Of a stretch of 64,000 bases of DNA, positions 52,820-63,803 are shown piece after piece; position 1 is the stretch's first letter; every line of letters begins with the position of its first letter. A program made the translations under genes and the position numbers. The DNA is from Pirellulales bacterium. GTDB taxonomy: Bacteria > Planctomycetota > Planctomycetia > Pirellulales > JADZDJ01. A model generated the notes under the pieces. That model searched no databases. It saw only the letters and a program-made list of their open reading frames with translations, and was not told the DNA's origin. The DNA lies in the NCBI GenBank assembly GCA_963773925.1, contig CAVZDC010000006.1, positions 16,512-80,511 on the forward strand, given 5' to 3'.

Positions 52820-54111
52820 TCAGCCGGCGCTGGTGAGCTGCCGATCCAGGTCGGGCTTCAGATTTGCCGCAGCGGCGCGATCGCTTTGTGCCCGCGACTC
52901 GTCCCCAAGTCGACCGTAAGCCAGGCTGCGGTTGTAGTAGGCTTCGGCAAACTTGGGATCCAAACGGATCGCTTCGGAATACGAATCGACGGCTTCGCGC
53001 CACCGGCCGGCGCGCCCAGGGCGATGCCGCGCTTGAAATAGTTGCCGGCGTTGTGCGGATCGTGGCGGATGGCCTGATCGAAATCGGCGATTGCTTTCTT
53101 CGGTTCATTGATCATCAGATACGCCAAACCGCGGTTGACGTAAGCCGGCACAAATCGCGCGTCGTTACGGATCGACACGCCGTATGTATTCACCGCTTCG
53201 AGCCATTTGCCTTGGTGCGCCAAGCAAAGGCCTTTCCAAAGTTCCGGGCGCGGGTCGTCGTAGATGATCGCCGACGCTTCGTCGAAATCGTTCCACGCAA
53301 TGCCGTACTCGCCTTTATAGAACCAGACGATGCCCCGGCGCAAAAACGTTTCGGGGTCGTCGGGATTCAGCCGCAGCGAAGTCGTATACGCATCGATGGC
53401 GGCGTCGTAGTGCTCAAGCATCCGATTGGCCCCGCCGAGATAAAAATAGGCGACCGCCAAATCCTTATCTTCGGGCTTCAGCTTGATGGCCGCGTCAGCG
53501 TGTTGGATCGCTTCCTCGTATTTGCCTTGTGCGATGAGATCGCGGGCGGCGTTGATTTCCTGTTGTGCCGGCGTGTAGCTGGGTTGTTCCGGCGGCGCCT
53601 GCTGAGCGGTTTCGCCCGGCTGTTGTTCGCTGGGCTGGCTGGGCTGCTCCGGCTCTTCGAACGGATTTCTTTGCGCCGGGGGGAGCTCGGCCTGGCCCGG
53701 GGCGCCCGGCACTGCAGAAGGCGCTTGAGACGGTTCGGTGGAGGGCGTTTTCGAGGGTTCGTTCGATGGCGTTTGCGGCGGCGTTTGCGAGGGGGGCGTG
53801 GAAGGGGTTTCGGAAGGCTTTTGTTCCGTTGTGTTTTCAAACGGATTTTCCCCCTTCGCCGGATTCTCCCCCTTCGCTGGACCCTGTGTCGAAGGCTCGG
53901 CGGGAGTGGCCGGGGTTTGCTCTGCAGCCGGGGCCTGGGGCTTCGTCTCCGATGGCTTTTCGGACTGACTGGGTTGAGTGGCAGACGATTCCCCTGGAGC
54001 AGGCTCCAAGGGCTGCGCGTTCGCCGCCGACAAAGCAACAAAGCAAAAGATTGCCGCGCCGCAAACGATTGCCGCAAGCTTGGCCACCCAACCATTCCGA
54101 TTGTATTTCAT
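52820..54111 (-). CDS. Secreted TPR protein with P/E/Q/S-rich disordered N-terminus, frameshift near 53010
   Basis: Signal peptide ending in ANA; multiple TPRs (AYVNRGLAY, DFDQAIRHDP); C-terminal TPR continues in another frame. Confidence 0.8.
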
Positions 54112-54417
54112 GGATCGCACCCGAATTGAATCCGATGTGAAGGCGGCGACCGCGATCCTTCGCCATTTCGCACGCGCTGAGACGTGGCCCTTTCCACCGA
54201 CAGGCCAAAGTGTTTGCCCACCCCAGATAACTGGCAACTTTCAGTATAATCACCCAGACCGAGGGCTGGATAAGGCCGCAGAGCGCGGCAAAAGATTTCC
54301 GCCCGGATAGACGCTACAACCGGAACGGCCCCTGGGGGAGCGAAGACGGGGCGGTGGTTCGGCTAAACCGCAAGCGATATCGATATGTTGCCTGTGGCTG
54401 TGGCAGACGCCGAATGG

Positions 54418-55968
54418 TTACCGTAACGGCAGGCGGTTGGGGTTTTCTGCCTGCAGGGCCTCAGTGGCGTACCGCTTCGGGTTTTGGCTGAATGCGCGAC
54501 GCGAGGCATCGCTGGCAAACAAGTACGTGCGGCCTTCGTACTGCACGCCAAATTGCCGCTGACCGTCGACGGTCTGCCCCTGATCCAGCGCCATTACCAC
54601 GTCTTGCCCGGAAATCGCCGGACTGTAGTGGTCGGGATTTTGCAGGAACTTCTGCTGCTCCACCGGGCCGGCGAACAGATAGGTACGGCCCCGGTGGATC
54701 ACGCCGTAGCGGCGGTCACCCACTTGCCAGCGCTTCTGATCGGCCAACGTCACGGGGCAATAACCGTCCAAGCCAAGGGTCGGAGCAGCAGGCGAGGCGG
54801 TCGGCACCGCAGCGGGTGTGATAGCCGGCGCGGTGGCGGCCACTCCCGTCAGTGTTCCTGCAGGGGCAGCGGCGGACGGCGCAGCGGTGTACGGCTGCGT
54901 GGCTGTGGCGGCGGTCATTGCCGGGGCAGGCGTGGCGGGCCAGGCAATTGCCATCGTCGGCGACACGGAGAGATTCTGCCGCGGGGCAGCGCCGGCGACC
55001 GCATTTTGGGCAACGGCGGGCGAGGCGTATTGCACAGGGTTGGCAGGCGGCGAAGAGTACTGTGGCATTCCCGACGCCACCGGCGGGGCAGAACTGCTAT
55101 CGGGCGCCGCCGCGGCGACCGGATTCGCCATTGGCGCCTGTGCAACGGGGGCGGTCGTCGCAGCCGCCGGCGTTGTCGCTACAGCGCCGCCGGGTGAGAA
55201 TCGCCGGAAATAATCGGCATACCGATCGTCGCTATAAGCAGACATGGCCGGAGCTTTGGTGGGCTGCGCGGCGGCAATGCGCCGGCTGCACGGGTTGTGC
55301 GGCCGTCTGGGCCGGCGGTTGCACTGCCCAAGCCGGATTGCTCATCACGGGCGGATTGACGGCAGTTTGTTGCGAGTTCGTGCGCCTAAGGGCGGCCTGA
55401 TCGGAGGCTGCGCCGGTGCTGCAATCAGCGGCGGCGCAACCGCGGGCGGGGCCGCAGCCACATTGGCAACCGGGGCCGATGCAGGCGTCGCAGCGGCTGG
55501 CGCGGCAGCAAATTGCGAAGCCGGTCCTGCGCCACTGGCGGCGATGTTCAATTGCTGCAGGTAAGCATCGGGGGTCAACGGGCATTTCATGCGACCGACG
55601 ATTTGGCCGGCCGGAGTAATGATCAAATCCGTGGGCAAGCGATCGACGCCATATTGCCTGGTCGTCGTGGGAAAATCGTCGGAGTTCAGCTTCAGCGGCA
55701 CAAAGCGGGCATTGATGGCCTGCTGCACGTGTGGCTGCGAATAAACGCTCTTTTCCAGTTCCACGCATTCGCGGCAGGAAGGGGCCCAAAAGTGGACTAG
55801 AATCAACCGGTTGGTTTGCGCTGCCACGCGCTTGGCGTCTTCCAGCGTGGGTTGCCATTTCAAGCTGGTCGCATTGGTGGCCTGTCCTTTGGCCAGCGTG
55901 ATGCGCCATCCCATGGCCACGCAGACAAGCGCGACCAATAGAACCGAAATCCAACGGTGACGGACCAT
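54418..55968 (-). CDS. Secreted thioredoxin-like + YHS domain protein with Ala/Pro linker, frameshifts in the linker
   Basis: HFWAPSCREC, LPTD (cis-Pro); C-terminal LDGYCPVTL...GRTYLF...F..NP..Y and a second YHS repeat. Confidence 0.75.
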
Positions 55969-56226
55969 GTCACTTCCCCCCGTATCGCAATCCGTTTGGC
56001 GATAGCACGACCCTCAAGCTCCCGTAGCGGGAGCACGGGGTGGGCGCGGCAAGGCACCCTGATCCGCTTATCGGCCGGCAAAGACCCCGGGATCGTGTAA
56101 AAAATGCCGGCGGCGACGAGATTGACGATTTTCCCGCAAAAACCGTAGGCGAAGGAGCGTCCGAAGCGGTGGTGCCAGGCCAGCGGAAAATTTCCCTAAA
56201 TTTCCTGCTCCCTCTCGATCCACCGC

Positions 56227-56254
56227 TTGACATGCGCCGAACAATGAATATGAT
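56227..56254 (+). promoter_or_regulatory. Near-consensus sigma70 promoter about 515 nt upstream of rho
   Basis: TTGACA-N16-TATGAT. Confidence 0.6.
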
Positions 56255-56769
56255 TTGGTGCAGTTAGAGCGTTTCTGCCTCGCAGATATGCGCAACTGGC
56301 CGCAACGGGTAATCTCGCGGCCGCTTCCCGTGTACAAGATATTCGCGGGGAAATTGCACGCTTCTTGATCTGACCGCTCGTTTGCTTCCGCCGTTAGCTA
56401 GGTCTTTCACCCGTAGTAAAGGGTTTTTAGACGGATGGCGGCCGCTGTGGGCTAAGTCGCAGGCAAGCAAGGGTTGTCGGCAGGGTAGAAGGTTTCGTGG
56501 AACGACCGCCGGACTTTTCCGGAGGTTGCAGTTCGCCAAGGGTGGTTCGCGAGTTTGCCAAGCGCGCCGTGCCCGAGGCGTCTCGCCGCTATACGTATAT
56601 CTGGTTTTCGTACCGCGACGGAAGTTTTCGTCCCGACGGAAATTGAATCTGATTAAATCTGTCTGTGCCAGCGCCGTGCTCTGAAGGCCGACGATGACTC
56701 CAACTGCGTGGAACTGGGTCCAAACCCCGGCGCCGGGATCGGCGCGAAAAGGTTCGTTCTAGGTGAGCT

Positions 56770-58082
56770 ATGGGAAAGAAGCGTAAGGGTGGCTTTGGCG
56801 GCCGTGGACGCGGCCGGGGCGGTTATGGCGGCGGTCGCGGCGGCTACATGAATGGCCGCTACGGTGGTGGGGGGGGCGGACGTCGATATCCGCCACAGAA
56901 CGATTTGGGCCCCCGCCCTTCGATGCAAGAGGCCGACATTCCTGAAGGTCAGGAAATGGGGCCGCCCGAGCCCGGCGCGGGCGTTTTGGAGCTGCATCCC
57001 AACGGTTATGGCTTTCTGCGCGGACTGGCCAACAATCTTTCTCGCGAGCGCACCGATCCATTCGTGCCCGGTACGATGATCGAAAAATTCCGCCTCCGCG
57101 AAGGCGTGCTGATCAACGGCATGGTGCAACACAGCCGCCGTCAGCAAGGCCCGCGACTGAAGGAAATTCTGGATATCGACGGCATCAAGCCGGAAGAATA
57201 TCCCAACGTCAAAGATTTCGACCAGTTGACGCCCATCAATCCGGAAAGCTGGCTGCAGTTGGAAACCGGCCAGCAGCCGCTGACCACCCGGATCATGGAC
57301 ATGCTTACGCCGATCGGCAAAGGGCAGCGGGCTTTGATCGTCGCCCCGCCGCGGACCGGCAAAACGATTTTGCTGCAGCAGATCAGCCAGGCTATATCGC
57401 AGAATTATCCCGATATGCATCTGGTGATGCTGTTGATCGACGAGCGGCCGGAAGAAGTGACGGACATGCGCCGCAGCGTCAAAGGCGACGTAATCGCCAG
57501 CAGCTTGGATCGCGACGTGGAAAGCCATGTGCGTCTGGCTCAGTTGGTGCTGGAGCGCGCAAGCGCCTGGCCGAAATGGGCAAGGACGTGTTCCTGCTAT
57601 TGGATTCGATCACGCGCATGGCCCGGGCATTCAACAAAGTGACCCGCGGCGACCGCACGGCGACCGGGGGTTTGGATATCCGCGCGTTGGATATTCCGAA
57701 GAAGCTGTTCGCCACGGCGCGGTTGTTCGAAGAAGGCGGCTCGCTGACGATCGTGGCCACGGCCCTGATTGATACCGGCAGCCGGATGGACGAAGCGATC
57801 TTCCAGGAATTCAAAGGCACCGGCAACATGGAGCTGGTGCTGGATCGCAAGCTAGCCGACCGCCGCGTGTGGCCGTCGATGGACATCACGCAATCGGGCA
57901 CGCGCCGCGAAGAAAAGCTGCTTGAGCCCGAAACATTGCACGCCATCACCATGTTGCGGCGTACGCTGTCGACCATGCATCACGTGGATGCGATGGAGCA
58001 ATTGGTCACGAAGCTGGGCAAGTTCAAGACGAACCGCGAGTTCATCAGCCTGATTGCCGGCGCGAAGGCAGGGGTTGAGTGA
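56770..58082 (+). CDS. rho: Transcription termination factor Rho, frameshift near 57560
   Basis: GVLE...GYGFLR, PIGKGQR.LIVAPPRTGKT, LLIDERPEEVTDM, LLDSITR, FQEFKGTGNMEL, SGTRREE. Confidence 0.95.
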
Positions 58083-58128
58083 TTTTGCGCCTGATTCAGC
58101 CCCGGTGAAGAAACGGGGTGCTATTCTC

Positions 58129-58959
58129 TTAGGCTGCCCTGTTCCAAGGGATTAGCTTGCGCACGAAGTCGTACCGATGCCGGTGGCGAGCTCGGCGATT
58201 GCGGCGATGGTGATCGATCAGTTGGCCGTAGGGTGAATTTTGATACGGCGCGGCCGATTTCTTTATCGGGATGCCCGGCGAACGAAATTGCGGCAGTGCC
58301 CAAGCGTTGCCCCACTGCGAAGGGCAGCGGTAGATCGGTAATTGCCAGCGCTCCGCTAACAGCGAGATGATCGATTGGTCGTGCCGATGGTCGACGAACT
58401 CCGGATAGTTCGCCATGCTTGGCGGGTTGGGTGCGTCGGTCAGCAACTGTGGTTGTCGGCAGTAATCAAACCACTCGCGGAGAAATTCAAAGGTTTCCGG
58501 GCAATGCCGGTAGAGCTGAAATCCGCCCATTACCTGTTGGGCCCAAAGGTAGCGCGGCTCGTCGCAGTTCATTCCGATAAGGCAACTGCGCTTGGTCCAG
58601 ATGATGTTGTAACCTTCGTGCACCTGGAACAGAGTAACGCCGCGGCCAGCCGCGGCAGATTTCCACGACGGGTTTCAAATCGGCGATGATTTCGATGCCT
58701 GAGTCGATGTAGGCCACCACGTCGCCGGGCGCGGCCCGCGCAGCACTTGCTGGATGTAATACGGCTTCCAAAGCCAATAGCCGGCGCCGCGCGGCAGCGA
58801 CAGGATGTGGCGATGTTGCCGGAAGAATTCCGCGCGTTGTAAGTCGCGCTCTCGAAAGGCGCGAATTTCGTCGAAGCCGAATCGTTTGGCCGAGTGCACC
58901 AACCAGCTTTGCGGCGCGGCGAATTTCCGATTGGCGTAGCTGACGAGCCACAACTTCAT
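58129..58959 (-). CDS. Putative nucleotide-sugar transferase (GYWxWKP / DSG / HRHDQS type), 2 frameshifts
   Basis: RGAGYWLWKPY, VAYIDSG, WTK, EW, HRHDQSIISLL across three frames. Confidence 0.7.
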
Positions 58960-58996
58960 GGCGTGTTCCCAGGTCCGGCCGACGATCGCAGTCGGC

Positions 58997-59974
58997 TTAA
59001 GCGGCGCGCGCGATTTTCAATTGACCCGTTTCTCGTCGGGGCAAAGTCTGACTGACGATGTAGAGCGGCCGGCCCTTGATCTCGCGGTAAATGCGTCCTA
59101 CGTATTCGCCAACGATGCCCAGGCAGGTCAATTGCACCGCGGCGAATAGCGAAATCGCCAAAGCGAGCCATGCCGCAGGCGCGGGCGAAGTGGCAAACAG
59201 CATGCTGGCTATCATTCCGCCGCCTGCCAAAATTGTCAGCAGCAGCGTGATCAATCCCAAGCAAGTCGCCAAGCGCAAGGGCGCCATCGAGAACGAGAGA
59301 ATGGCGTCGGACGCCAGACACACCAATTTGCGCAGCGGATATTTGCTTTCGCCGGCAAACCGCTCGGCGCGGCGATAGGGAAGAGCCACCTGCCGAAAGC
59401 CCGCCCAGCTAATCATGCCGCGCAAATATCGATCGTGCTCCGGCATTTTGCGCAGCACATCGACCACTTGCCGATCCAACAGGCGGAAATCGCCCGAATC
59501 CATCGGCATCGGCGTGTCGGAAGACCAGCGCAGAAACCGATAGAACAACCGGATGGCCGCCAGCCGCAAGCGCGGCTCGCCGGGGCGCTCGATGCGCTGT
59601 CCGTAAACCACTTGATAACCCTCTTTCCACAGTTGCACCATTTGCGGGATGGCGTGCGGAGGATCCTGCAGATCGGCGTCGATCACCACCACCGCGTCGC
59701 CGCCGGCCTGCTCGATGCCCGCCGTGACGGCCATCTGGTGCCCGAAGTTGCGGGCAAACTCCACCACGCAGACGCGCGGATCTTCCGTGTGCAACTGTTC
59801 CAATAGCGCGGCGGTGCGATCGCTGCTGCCGTCGTTGACGTAGACGATTTCCGCATCGCAATCGATACCGTCGAGGGCCGTCGCCAGGCGGCGATGCGTC
59901 GCCTGGAGCACCTGCTCTTCGTTGAAGCAGGGCACGACCACGGAGATCAATGGACGCAATGACTTGTTCGCCAT
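58997..59974 (-). CDS. GT2 polyprenol-phosphate glycosyltransferase (GtrB/ArnC-like)
   Basis: VVPCFNE, VNDGSSD, RNFGHQ, DADLQDPP, GDFRL, GEYVGRIY, 2 C-terminal TM. Confidence 0.9.
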   Translation of the reverse strand: MANKSLRPLISVVVPCFNEEQVLQATHRRLATALDGIDCDAEIVYVNDGSSDRTAALLEQLHTEDPRVCVVEFARNFGHQMAVTAGIEQAGGDAVVVIDADLQDPPHAIPQMVQLWKEGYQVVYGQRIERPGEPRLRLAAIRLFYRFLRWSSDTPMPMDSGDFRLLDRQVVDVLRKMPEHDRYLRGMISWAGFRQVALPYRRAERFAGESKYPLRKLVCLASDAILSFSMAPLRLATCLGLITLLLTILAGGGMIASMLFATSPAPAAWLALAISLFAAVQLTCLGIVGEYVGRIYREIKGRPLYIVSQTLPRRETGQLKIARAA

Positions 59975-59991
59975 CCGCGAATTCTCCCGCG

Positions 59992-61720
59992 TTACTGCCG
60001 GGCGGTCCGCATGGATTCGCCCTTGGCGGCGGCGGACTTGGACCGCAGCACGCGCCCAAAATCACGCCGCTAACCGGATGATCGGTCTTGTCCGGATCGC
60101 ACGGCAGGAAAGCCACCTTTTCCCAGGCAAACGGCAACGCACCCGGCGCCGGCGGCTCCGGCAAGCCCGGCCCGAACAGCGCCACTGGGGCGTATCTCCC
60201 AACGACCATTCCATGAAGAAGTAAGTCACGTCGCCGGGCAGGTCGTCAGGTTTTCGGGGCCAGGGCACACACTTGATCGGCTGGCCGTAATACCACACGA
60301 AGCGATGATGAATCGGCCCCAAACTGACAATATGTTCCGGATCGGGAATGAGTGCCTTGAATTTTGCCACCGGCGCGTGCAAGTCGTTGGCTTTTTGCTG
60401 GAACACATTCAACACAGGGCCGCTGTAGGCCAGCCCCAACGTGCCGGCGACAGCCAGCACGCCGATTTCGACCGCCATCGCCCCCGGGGTGCGCCGCGCC
60501 CAAAGGAGTACGGCTGCCAGCGCAATGGCGCCTGCCAGCGTTAGGACGGCGGCCATCGGCGTTTGCCGTACGACCGCCACCCAGCCCGTCGGATTTGGAA
60601 TGAGGCTAACGACGAGCAATCCGCCGACGCCAAGCACACCTGCGATCGCCATCCCCAGCAGAAAGATGTTCCAACGGCGGCGCGGCAGGGAACCGGTTTC
60701 GGCGGACGAGCAACGCTCGACAAACCAACCGACCGCAACTGCGACCAACGGATACAGCGGCATAAAGTAGCGACCTCGCGCGTTGGTGGCCGCCAGCAAG
60801 CTGAGATACGGAAGCACTGCCGCCGACGCGACAAACACAATTTGCTGCGGCGGCCTGCCCAACGTGCGCCGTACCGCCGGCCAAACCACTCCCAACAGCA
60901 AGATCGACCAGGGCAACGTGCAGGCAAACGATTCCAGCGGGAACTTTACAATGTGCCCCAGTAAGCCGTCGGATCCGAATCGCCGCGTCACGGTACTGGT
61001 CCAGATTTCAATCGCCGTGTTCCAGTTGGTGGCATGGTAGAAGGGCACCCACCAAGCGCCGATCACCAGCAACAGGCAACCCAGGCCCAGCAAATGTCCC
61101 CAACTGAACAGGCATCGCCAATCGCGGCGGACCAGCAGAAAAGTGCCGGTCGCTGCCGCGAAGTACATGGGCGCTTGGATCCCTTTTCTAGCGCGGCCAG
61201 GCCCGCAAGGCTATAGCCAATTGACCACGCTCAGCGCACGTGAAGCGCCGCGCAGGTAGATGGCGTGCCAGGCCAGCATGGCCCCGGAAAGCAGCAGCGC
61301 GTAGCTGGCTTCGTTTTCGCCGAGGCGACCGATTTCCAATACCTGCAACAGCGAGGCGTACGCGGCGCCGGCGGCCAACGCGCCGGTCGGTGTGAGAAAC
61401 GTTCGGGCGTACAAATAGGTAATGATCGAAGTGAGCAGAATTGCCAGCACGCTGGGCAGACGAATGGCCACGACATCGATCGTCCCGCGCACCAAACCCA
61501 CGGCCGCCATCGACCAACTGCCCAGCGGCGGCCGATCGACATAAACCCTCTCCTGCTGGCGCGGCACGACCCAATCGCCCGAGGCGATCATGTGATCTGC
61601 CCCTTCGGCCCAGCGAGTTTCCTCGCCGCGCACCGGCAGCAGCGACAGCCGCGGAAAATAGATGACCGCGACCAGCAGCACCAGCGCCAACAATTGCCAC
61701 TTTCGCCGGACTGCATCCAT
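59992..61720 (-). CDS. ArnT/GT83-like GT-C glycosyltransferase, several frameshifts
   Basis: EETRW...MIASGDWVVP......DRPPL, RLPS, KG, PW, RYFMPLYP; multi-TM. Confidence 0.8.
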
Positions 61721-61760
61721 GCAGATTTCTGTGAAACGGCACATCGACAGATTCCGGGGA

Positions 61761-61795
61761 TGAACGGTGAACGCTGAACAATGAATGGTGAAATG
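61761..61795. repeat. Heptamer tandem repeat TGAAnnn x5
   Basis: TGAACGG TGAACGC TGAACAA TGAATGG TGAAATG. Confidence 0.65.
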
Positions 61796-62069
61796 TGCGC
61801 CGTTAGGGGGGCGGGTTATCGGGGGCGAAACTATGGCAAAAAGGTGGCTATTTCGCAAGGCGAGCCTACATGGTGCGGCCAGTGCCAGCACGCTGTTGGG
61901 GGAGCCCCTATCTGCCGGCGGGCGCGGCAGAAATCGCGCGGTTTTGCCGGGAAAATCGCACCATCGGCGGTGAACATCCAGAGCCTTGTCAGGCTTCCTA
62001 GTTTCGGCGAAGATCACTGCGAAAGCGCCGTTCGCCTGGTCCAATGGCCGGCAATTCCCGGGAGAATGC

Positions 62070-62699
62070 ATGTTTTCCATCCAAAAGCTTTTCAGTCACG
62101 ACGCCAAGTTTTTCGATCTGCTGGAAGCCAGCGCCGACGAAACACGCGAACTGACCCGGCTGCTGATCGAATTGCTCAAGGACCGCAGCCATCCGCATCC
62201 GCTGCACGATTTTGCCCTGGCGCGCGACAAGGATAAATACATCACGGAGCAGATCAGCAAGGAACTGGTCAACACGTTCATTACCGGGCTGGAACGCGAA
62301 GACATCGAGACGCTTTCCTATGCGATGTACCGGATCTGCAAGTCGATTGAGAAGTTCGCGGAACGTTTCAGCCTGGCTCCCCAGCGGCTGGCGGTCGTCG
62401 ATTTCACTCGGCAGATCGAACTGATGCAACGGGCCACCGACACGCTGGCGGAAATGGTCAAGCTATTGCGAAAGATGCCGGCGATGGAAACGGTGAAGGC
62501 GGCCAATGACCGCCTGCAGAGCATCGAAGGCGAGGCCGACGACGTGCGGTTGGAACTATTGCGCGAGGTTTACGGCGGCAAGTTCGAGCCGCTGCAGGCC
62601 ATGATGGTCCGCGACCTGTACGATCTGCTGGAAAAGGTGATCGATCGCTGCCGCGATTGTGGCAACCTCATCGCGCACATCGTGCTGAAGAACTCCTGA
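62070..62699 (+). CDS. DUF47 family (PhoU-like) phosphate transport regulator
   Basis: FFDLLE, TFIT..EREDI, IEGEADD, LEKVIDRC, IVLKNS; directly upstream of pit. Confidence 0.9.
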   Translation: MFSIQKLFSHDAKFFDLLEASADETRELTRLLIELLKDRSHPHPLHDFALARDKDKYITEQISKELVNTFITGLEREDIETLSYAMYRICKSIEKFAERFSLAPQRLAVVDFTRQIELMQRATDTLAEMVKLLRKMPAMETVKAANDRLQSIEGEADDVRLELLREVYGGKFEPLQAMMVRDLYDLLEKVIDRCRDCGNLIAHIVLKNS

Positions 62700-62715
62700 T
62701 TCACAATCCCACCTT

Positions 62716-63803
62716 ATGGCGCTGATCTTCCTGGTGATCCTGATCGCGCTGGTCTTCGAGTACATCAACGGCTTCCACGATTCGGCCAATTCGATTGCCA
62801 CGGTTGTGGCCACCAAAGTGCTTTCGCCGCGGCAAGCGGTGGTGATGGCGGCGTGTATGGATTTGATCGGCGCCATGTGCGGCACCGCCGTGGCCACCAC
62901 CATCGCTTCCGGATTGATCGACTCGCGGGTGGCCACGCAAAAGGCCCTGATTTGCGCGCTATTGGCCGCCATCGTCTGGAATTTGGTTACCTGGCGCGCC
63001 GGGCTGCCCAGCAGTTCCAGCCATGCGCTGATCGGCGGCCTGGTCGGCGCCGCGGTGGCTGCCGCCGGCGATTTTAGTGCCGTCATCTGGTCGCAGCCCG
63101 ATCCTACGCATTGGTACGCCAGCAAAGGATTGCTGTGGAAGGTGGTCGTTCCGATGATCGCTTCGCCGCTGTTCGGCTTCGTGCTCGGTTTCTTCATGAT
63201 GAGCGTTCTGTACGCGCTGTTGCGCAACTGGAAGCCCCGCCGGTCAACGCGCTGTTCGGCAAGGCTCAGATGTTCAGCGCGGCCGGCGTTGGCCTGATGC
63301 ACGGCACGAACGACGCGCAAAAGACGATGGGCATTATCGCCCTGGCGCTGGCCGCGGGCACCGCCAACGGACGGCTCGACAGTTTGCCTTGGTGGTTGTC
63401 GTTCTTGCGCAGTCGCCACTCCCGAGCCCGGGCAAACTTTGTCGATCGCCTTGTGGATCAAAGTCACCTCGCGCTGGTGATGGCGGCGGGCACGGCCGGC
63501 GGGGGTTGGCGAATTATCCGCACGCTTGGTCACAAGATGGTGCACCTGCATCCGGTCAACGGTTTTGCCGCCGAAAGCAGCTCAGCCGCCATCATCGGCA
63601 TCTGCTCACATTTCGGGCTGCCCGTTTCGACCACGCACAACATTTCGGCATCGATCATGGGCGTGGGCGCCGCCAAGCGATTCAGCGCACTGAAGTGGAC
63701 CATCGTCGAACGGATGGTTTGGGCCTGGCTGTTGACCATTCCCATCTGTGGCACGATCGCCTGGATTTTTATGCGGCTATTGCAGCTCACCGGCCACGGT
63801 TGA
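62716..63803 (+). CDS. pit: Inorganic phosphate transporter (PiT family), frameshifts
   Basis: NGFHDSANSIAT, GLPSSSSHALIGG, HGTNDAQKTMG, GLPVSTTH. Confidence 0.92.

Noticed and set aside
53840-53885. 18-bp direct repeat in the TPR gene (AKGENP x2)
   Set aside because: Ordinary low-complexity coding duplication in a disordered linker
54300-54417. Possible tRNA/ncRNA (GGTTCG motif)
   Set aside because: No cloverleaf; the sequence is explained by a REP-A partial copy
57540-57580. Programmed frameshifting in rho, glyQS or dapA
   Set aside because: No slippery heptamers or stimulatory structures; same pattern as the window-wide indel noise
22811-63803. Phosphate-themed genes (ppx, hppA, glpQ, DUF47-pit) as one regulon or island
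   Set aside because: They are scattered over 40 kb and I found no convincing 11-bp-period Pho boxes
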